Source of the DNA: Microthyrium microscopicum | Taxonomy: Eukaryota | DNA: 64,000 bases | Reading direction: 5' to 3' | NCBI GenBank assembly: GCA_010405405.1 | Contig: MU004232.1 | Location: 1,941,481-2,005,480 of the forward strand | Shown: positions 57,954 through 64,000 of the stretch, piece by piece | Position numbering within the stretch: position 1 is the stretch's first letter | How the letters are laid out: every line of letters begins with the position of its first letter | The notes under the pieces: model-generated | The model's input: only the letters and a program-made list of their open reading frames with translations | What the model was told of the DNA's origin: nothing | Databases searched by the model: none | Program-made: the position numbers and the translations under genes

Positions 57954-59197
57954 TAGGGTATAAGTTAGGTAACCTATTAGGGTCAACCTAATATATATAG
58001 GTTCTTAGCGTTAGGTTAGGTTTTGAAAATATTTTATAAAACCTATACCTAACCTAAGCAAGATAAAATTATTATAGGTTAGACTTAAGGAATCTAAAGA
58101 ACCTAAATTAGAAACCTATTAGGTAAAGTTTATTTAGTATATAATCTATTTAGGTTATAAAAGAAGGGTTACTATACCTAATATAATTAATAAAAGCTAA
58201 GTAGATAAAGATAATCTAATATATAAATTAGAAAGTTAAAAAAGTATTAATTAGAATATTTAGTATAGTATATAGATTAAACTATATATTAACTAGTTAC
58301 TATTACTAAAATCCTAATAATTAGTTTAAACTTTCTTCTTCTTACTAGCCTTACTAGAGACTATACTTATTAGTAGTTACTTTTACTTATTTTCTAATTT
58401 CTATTAAAAGGTAGACTTAAATATTAGTTTATAAACTCTTTTGCTAATAGCTACTATAAATAGAAGCCTACTAATATCTTTTAGTAATTATCTATAAAAA
58501 GAGTCTTAAGTATTACTATTCTTTACTTTATTACTATTTTTACTATTATTTAAATCTATACTATAGAATCTAGAAGAAGTCTCTAAGTTTATAAATTTAC
58601 TAGTACTAGTACCTTTAAGGTTTTCTTCTCTTTTAGTAAACTTAAAACTAGTATTATTTTTATTATTAAAATTATCTTTATTAGCTTTATTTATATTCTT
58701 ATCTAAAATATTATTATCCTTATTTAAATTATCTAAATTATCTTCTTTATTAGAAATAATAGGTAATCTATCTAAATCTTTATAATAAGTTATATAATTA
58801 AATATTTAATAGTATATAGCATTAGAATTACTAAAATAAATATAATTAAGTAGGGTATTTATAAATTATTTTATAATTATATTAATATATTTTTTATATA
58901 TACTAACTTCTACTTTAATCTTATTAGAATTACTTTAATAGTCTAAAATATTAGCTATTAATTTAATAAACTTATTATTATTATATTAATAGAGTATATC
59001 TTATAATAATATAAGGTTATAAAATATTTAAGGAAAGTAAAAATAATTATATTTAGATTAGTTATAGATAATAGAAAAGATATATTCTACTTTAACTTTA
59101 GTAGCTAGTATATAAAAATAATTATATACTATATAAGCTATTATTAAGTAAAAGTCTAGATTATTATTTTCTTTCTATATAAAAAGAGAATTATTAT
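57954..59197. mobile_element. RIP-degraded repeat, possibly the end of a hAT-like DNA transposon
   Basis: Abrupt shift to very AT- and TpA-rich DNA. Begins TAGGGTATAAG with clustered TTAGGT/ACCTAA motifs in both orientations, resembling mutated subterminal repeats. No transposase could be read. Confidence 0.4.
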
Positions 59198-59359
59198 TAT
59201 TAGGAGTTAAACCCCCTAAAGCTATGCCTATTTAGGCTACCCCTATTGTATATAAATACCTTAATTAAAGAGTCTCTTAACTCTTCTTTCTTTCTAAGTT
59301 ACCTTCCTATTTAGTAGGCTTATAATATAACTTATCTCTTTATTATTTAACTTATAATA
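59198..59359 (+). repeat. Putative 5' LTR of the Gypsy relic
   Basis: Starts TATTAGGAG (TG to TA by RIP), contains TATATAAATA followed by a pyrimidine tract, and ends CTTATAATA (CA to TA). The partner LTR is outside the window, so the boundaries are unconfirmed. Confidence 0.45.
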
Positions 59360-62300
59360 TTAAGTAACTTTAAAACTAACCCCTCTTTTTACCTACTTCC
59401 TCTTTATCTATTAATAAATAGCTAGAATAGTAGACTAAGATCCCTCTTACTTAATAATTACTAGATAGGATAAAGAAACGTTCTTTAAGGGCTTTACTCG
59501 TAAGAACGTAGAAGCGTACTTTATGTATATTAACTAATAATAGATAGAGCTATAGAACTACTTAGATATATCTTAGGAAGTAACTAATAATAGCTTATAA
59601 TAAGTAATAAATAGTATTTTACTACTTAATAATATACTTAATTTATTTATCTTATAATTATATATAACTACTACTAGTTATAGATAAGCCCTATAATAAC
59701 TAAATAAGTTAACTAGCAAAATTTATATATAATTAAATAAGAATACGTAATAGATTATAATAGTTTATGCTAAACTCTAGGCCTAAGTTAATAGCTAGAA
59801 TAAATAGCTTACTAATATCTATGCTAGTAGTAAAATCTTTATATAATAATTAAATAATACTATTTATAAGATGCTAACCTAGTAATAGTAGTAGGAATAA
59901 AAATAACTCTAAAGAGAATCTATAATGCCTAGTATAACTCTTTCTTTAATACTAGCTATATTCTTTACTAAAGAAACCTCTAACTATAGCTACTACCCTC
60001 CTCTAATTCTATAAGCTAATCTTCCTTAGACTCTAATTATAATAACTAGATTAGTAGCCTCTCCTCTACCTCCTCTAATAAATCCTCTAGCTACTTAATA
60101 TAAGCTACTTTAACTACTATTATAAAACCTCTAACTAGCTTTCCTAAACTTAGAACGATATTTATATAAGAACTTAACTCTTTATCCTAGTTTTTGCTAA
60201 ATAATTAAAGCAAAATTATATATTAATAGATAGATTTATATAAATAACTATACCTAAATCTACTATATATTTAGCTAATTTATAAAAGACGCTATTTAAT
60301 AAATTTTTTCCTAAATCTAGAATTCTACTAGCTATAGTATTATAAGTTTTAGTAAGTTTATAGAATAGATAAACCTTCTCTTTTATAATCTATATAAAGA
60401 AATAAAAGCTTTAGTAAATCTCTAAGGAATTTAATAAAGAGGTAGAGAATAAAGAATCTTTTAGGCTAAGTTTTAGTAGTATCTTATCTATATTAGAGTA
60501 TAATTTTAAGCTACCCTTATCTAGATATAGTTCTTAGAAAATACTATAGATTCTAGTCTTAAGATAGCTTTAATTACTTATTCCTAGCTTAATAATTTAG
60601 ATATTTTTACCTAAGAAGCTTTAAAGACCTAGAATTAAATAGTTTAAGCCTATATAAGCTATTATGGCTTAAGAAGCCTAAGTACTAAAATAAGTACTTA
60701 GTAGAGTTAACTATTTAGGAATTAGAACCTAGATATAATAGAAGATATCTAGGTTAGAGCTAGCTAAGCCTAGCGTAACTATTATAAATAAAATAACTTT
60801 TATTTTTACTATAGCTTAGCTAATTATAGAATTTAGGATTATAAATAGGCGCTCTAAGTATTATTTAAAAGTTAGAATTCCTTTTATAGCTAAGCTAGCT
60901 ATAAATAAGGACAAGGTAGAAAAAGTACTACTAGAGGTAAATACTTATAGGATAATACTAGTAGATTCTAGGCTAATACTATTAATACTTTAAATGTTCT
61001 CTAGAGTAGCTAGCTAGTAAAGGCTACTACTACTTAGCTAAGAAATAATAATCCTTATAATAATCTATATAATATTACTAACGTAGAATTAGAAAACTAG
61101 TAAGCTTAGATTAAAGACATAATACTAAGCTAGAAAATTATAAAAATATTATTTTAGAATAGTATTAGAAGTTCTTTACTTAGAATATAGTTATAGAGCC
61201 TTTTTTAATACTTTTAATAGTAAATTAACTTTCTTTATATATAGGCTTTATTAATAATAGCTACTTAACCTATTTTTTTATAAGTCTTTACTTTACTTAA
61301 AGATATAAACTTAAATATATATTACTACCTTAAGTAATTTTTATTAAAGAAATAAATAGTAAGGCTAAAAAAATTTATAAAATAGTAATTATAAAGATTA
61401 ATATTAAAGGCTATAAAGAAACTATTTAAGCCTTTATAGTAAAAGAGACCTTAAGCTATAATATAATCCTTAGCCTACCTTAGATAAAGAAATAGGATAT
61501 TATTCTCTATATAAAACTTAAGAAGCTAGTCTTTAACGAAATAGGTTATATAGTTATAAGTCTAAAGACTCCTTAGAAGAAGTATAACTATATAGTAATT
61601 AGGGCTATAGTATTTAGGATACTTACTTAATAAGCTAAAAAGTAGGTAAGATAGTCTTAAGAAGGCTTAATATTAATTATATAAGTCTTTACTATAAGTC
61701 TTTATAACTTATAAAAAGCCTTTACTCTAAAGAAGTATATTAATCCTTATAAGAAGCTTCCTAAATAATATTTAGATTACTTTAACCTCTTTTAAAGAGA
61801 GCTAGCTAATAAATAGCTACCTATTTAAGGCCCTTTTATAGACTATAAAATTAACCTAATCCTAAACGCTAATAGAAAAGAACCTTAGTTACCTTAGTAG
61901 GTATTATATCCTATAAATTAAGACGAATTACTAGCCTTTAGAAGAATTCTTAATAATTTACTAGAAAGTAGGTTTATTTAAGTAAGTAACTTACTTGCTA
62001 GAGCACTAGTTCTTTTTATTTATAAAGTAGATAGATTAATTTAGTTTTATTATAACTACTATATATTAAATAAGTTAATTATAAAGGACTATTACTCCTT
62101 GCTACTTATTTATAAGATACTAAACGCTTTAGGAAAAGTATAATAATTTACTAAGCTAGACGTATCTTAAGTATTCTATAAGATTTAAATATATAAAGAT
62201 AATAAGTAGAAGATAGCCTTTTAAATATAATATAGCTTATTTAAATAGATAGTAATACTATTTAGGTTATTAAATACTCTAAGTACCTTTTAGAAGTTTA

Positions 62301-64000
62301 TTAACTCTACTCTTTAGAATATCTTAAATAACTATATTTCTATATACTTAGATAACGTCTTAATCTTTAGCTTAGGTACTAAGAAGTAATATAAGGCTTA
62401 TATTTATAAAGTCCTTAAGTAGCTATAAAAAGTAGGACTTTACCTTAATATCTAGAAGTATAAATTTATAACTACTTAGATAATATACCTAGACTATATT
62501 ATTAAGACTAGATAAAGAATCTTAATAGACCTAGCTAAAGTTAAAGTAATCTAAGAATAGGAGGCTCTTAAGAATGTTTATAAAGTTTAAGCTTTCCTTA
62601 GCTTTACTAACTTCTATTATAGGTTTATATTAAACTTTTAAATAATTATAAAACCTCTTATTTAACTTACTTAAAAGGATATTCCCTTCTTATTTAAAGA
62701 CCTAGAGAGAGCTATATTTAAGGAGCTAAAATAGCTCTTTACTACTAACTAAATACTAGCCCTATTTAACTATAATAAAGAGACTCTTATCTATACTAAC
62801 TTCTTTAGTTACTCTTTAGAAGCTATACTAGTATAAAAAAATAAGATAAGTAAGTTTTAACTAGTAGCCTATTTCTCTAAAAAGTATAACTTTACTTAAA
62901 GTAACTACCTAATCTATAATAAAGAGATACTTATAATTATACTTACTCTAGAAGAATAGGACTTAAAGCTATAAGTAGTAGAGAAGTTTAAAGTAATATT
63001 TAATTATAAGAATCTAGAGTATTTTATAAAACTATAAAAGCTTATAGAAAGGTATATCTAATAATTTATTAAACTTATAAAGTATAATATAATAATTAAG
63101 TACTAACTAGGCTTATAAAATAGCATAGTAAATAGTCTTTCTTATTATAAATAAAATATATCCTAAGACGTAGCTAATAAGAAAATCTAGGCTAAAACTT
63201 TCTAATTACTTTATACCTAAGGGAATTAATTACTTAAACTACTATAAGCCTTATTTATCTATATTACTACTCTTCTTATAGTAGTTAAAGATAAACTAGT
63301 AGAGACTCTACTAGCTAATAAAGCTCTAATTCCTAGTTTACTACTACTAATATTAAATATCTCTAAACTATTAGTAACCTAGTAGAATAAGGTAATATAA
63401 GCTAATAATACCTATTAAGTAGCCTATTAGATAATTAAAGCTAGTAGATAAAAGTTTCTTCTATTAATTATAGGTATTAAAATCTTTATTCTTAACTACT
63501 TAATTAATAGTAAGGATTACCTTTACTAGAGAGAATAACTATAGATCCTAAATCTAGAACCTCTATAAATAGTAATACTATAAGTAGCTTATACGTTCTT
63601 AACCTAAAGCTATCCTAGCTATAAAGGTACTTACTAAGCTCTATAGCTATACTTCTTCTAGCTTAGAATTATAACTAATATAAGGCATTTTATAAAAAAT
63701 TATAGTATATATAGCTAATTAAAGGTTAGTTATAAGCAAAAAAGAGGCTTCTTAAAGCCTTTACCTATTTTAAGCTAATAATAATAAAAACTATTTATAG
63801 ATTTTATAATAAACCTCCCTTTATTAAATAGATATATAATCTTAATAGTTATTACTAATTAGCTAAGTAAAGAAGTAATCCTAATCCCTCTTACTTAGAG
63901 AGAAGCTAAAAACGTTATAGCTATTTTCTTATAATGCGTCTATTTCTTCTATAGTATTCCTAACGTAATTATTTATAATTATAATCTAGTATTTATAGAA
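59198..64000 (+). mobile_element. RIP-inactivated Ty3/Gypsy LTR retrotransposon, running off the window end
   Basis: Stop-riddled pol in Gypsy order. RT: DELLAFRRIL...FTKLDVS, YLDN (from YLDD) at 62345. RNase H: LVAYFSKK, NYLIYNKEIL, NYKNLEYF. Integrase: LLKPLPI, VITN*LSK. CpA/TpG nearly absent. Confidence 0.92.

Noticed and set aside
58008..58060. TTAGGTTAGG motifs as telomeric repeats
   Set aside because: Not a TTAGGG array; few copies in both orientations, inside RIP-mutated DNA.
1..64000. tRNA, rRNA or snRNA genes
   Set aside because: GTTCGA-like hits lie in coding or unstructured contexts; no cloverleaf or rRNA sequence recognised by eye. A covariance-model scan would be needed to exclude them fully.

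Overview
Gene-dense window from a filamentous ascomycete (Pezizomycotina-type short introns with CTRAC branch points; RIP-scarred repeats). Positions 1-57,950 hold about 30 genes. Housekeeping genes include the SCC2/NIPBL C-terminal part, a GNA1-like acetyltransferase, CDC123, an Eap1-like eIF4E-binding protein, GPN2, TFIIA-gamma, VMA16, cnxE/gephyrin, POP5, BUB3, 3-hydroxyisobutyrate dehydrogenase (with an intronic box C/D snoRNA), PAN6, DBP7, ASA1 and a Zn2Cys6 factor. These are interleaved with accessory genes: an MFS transporter, a HemG-like flavodoxin, a secreted GH1, a Cys-rich/CBM-like secreted protein, BTB and F-box proteins, and pseudogenes. The last ~6 kb is AT-rich RIP-degraded DNA containing a Ty3/Gypsy relic, and RIP-type damage extends into the adjacent F-box gene. 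The most notable observation is not visible in the ORF track because it is split into micro-exons. At 41.5-44.4 kb a two-gene locus encodes a 73-aa secreted single-domain 8-Cys peptide precursor and a 12-exon, ~442-aa secreted polyprotein with six copies of the same 8-Cys domain. The copies are separated by Kex2-type sites and share intron positions. Other candidates are GC-AG introns that could give alternative products for the Eap1-like gene and TFIIA-gamma. All gene models were spliced by hand from the sequence; no database searches were run.
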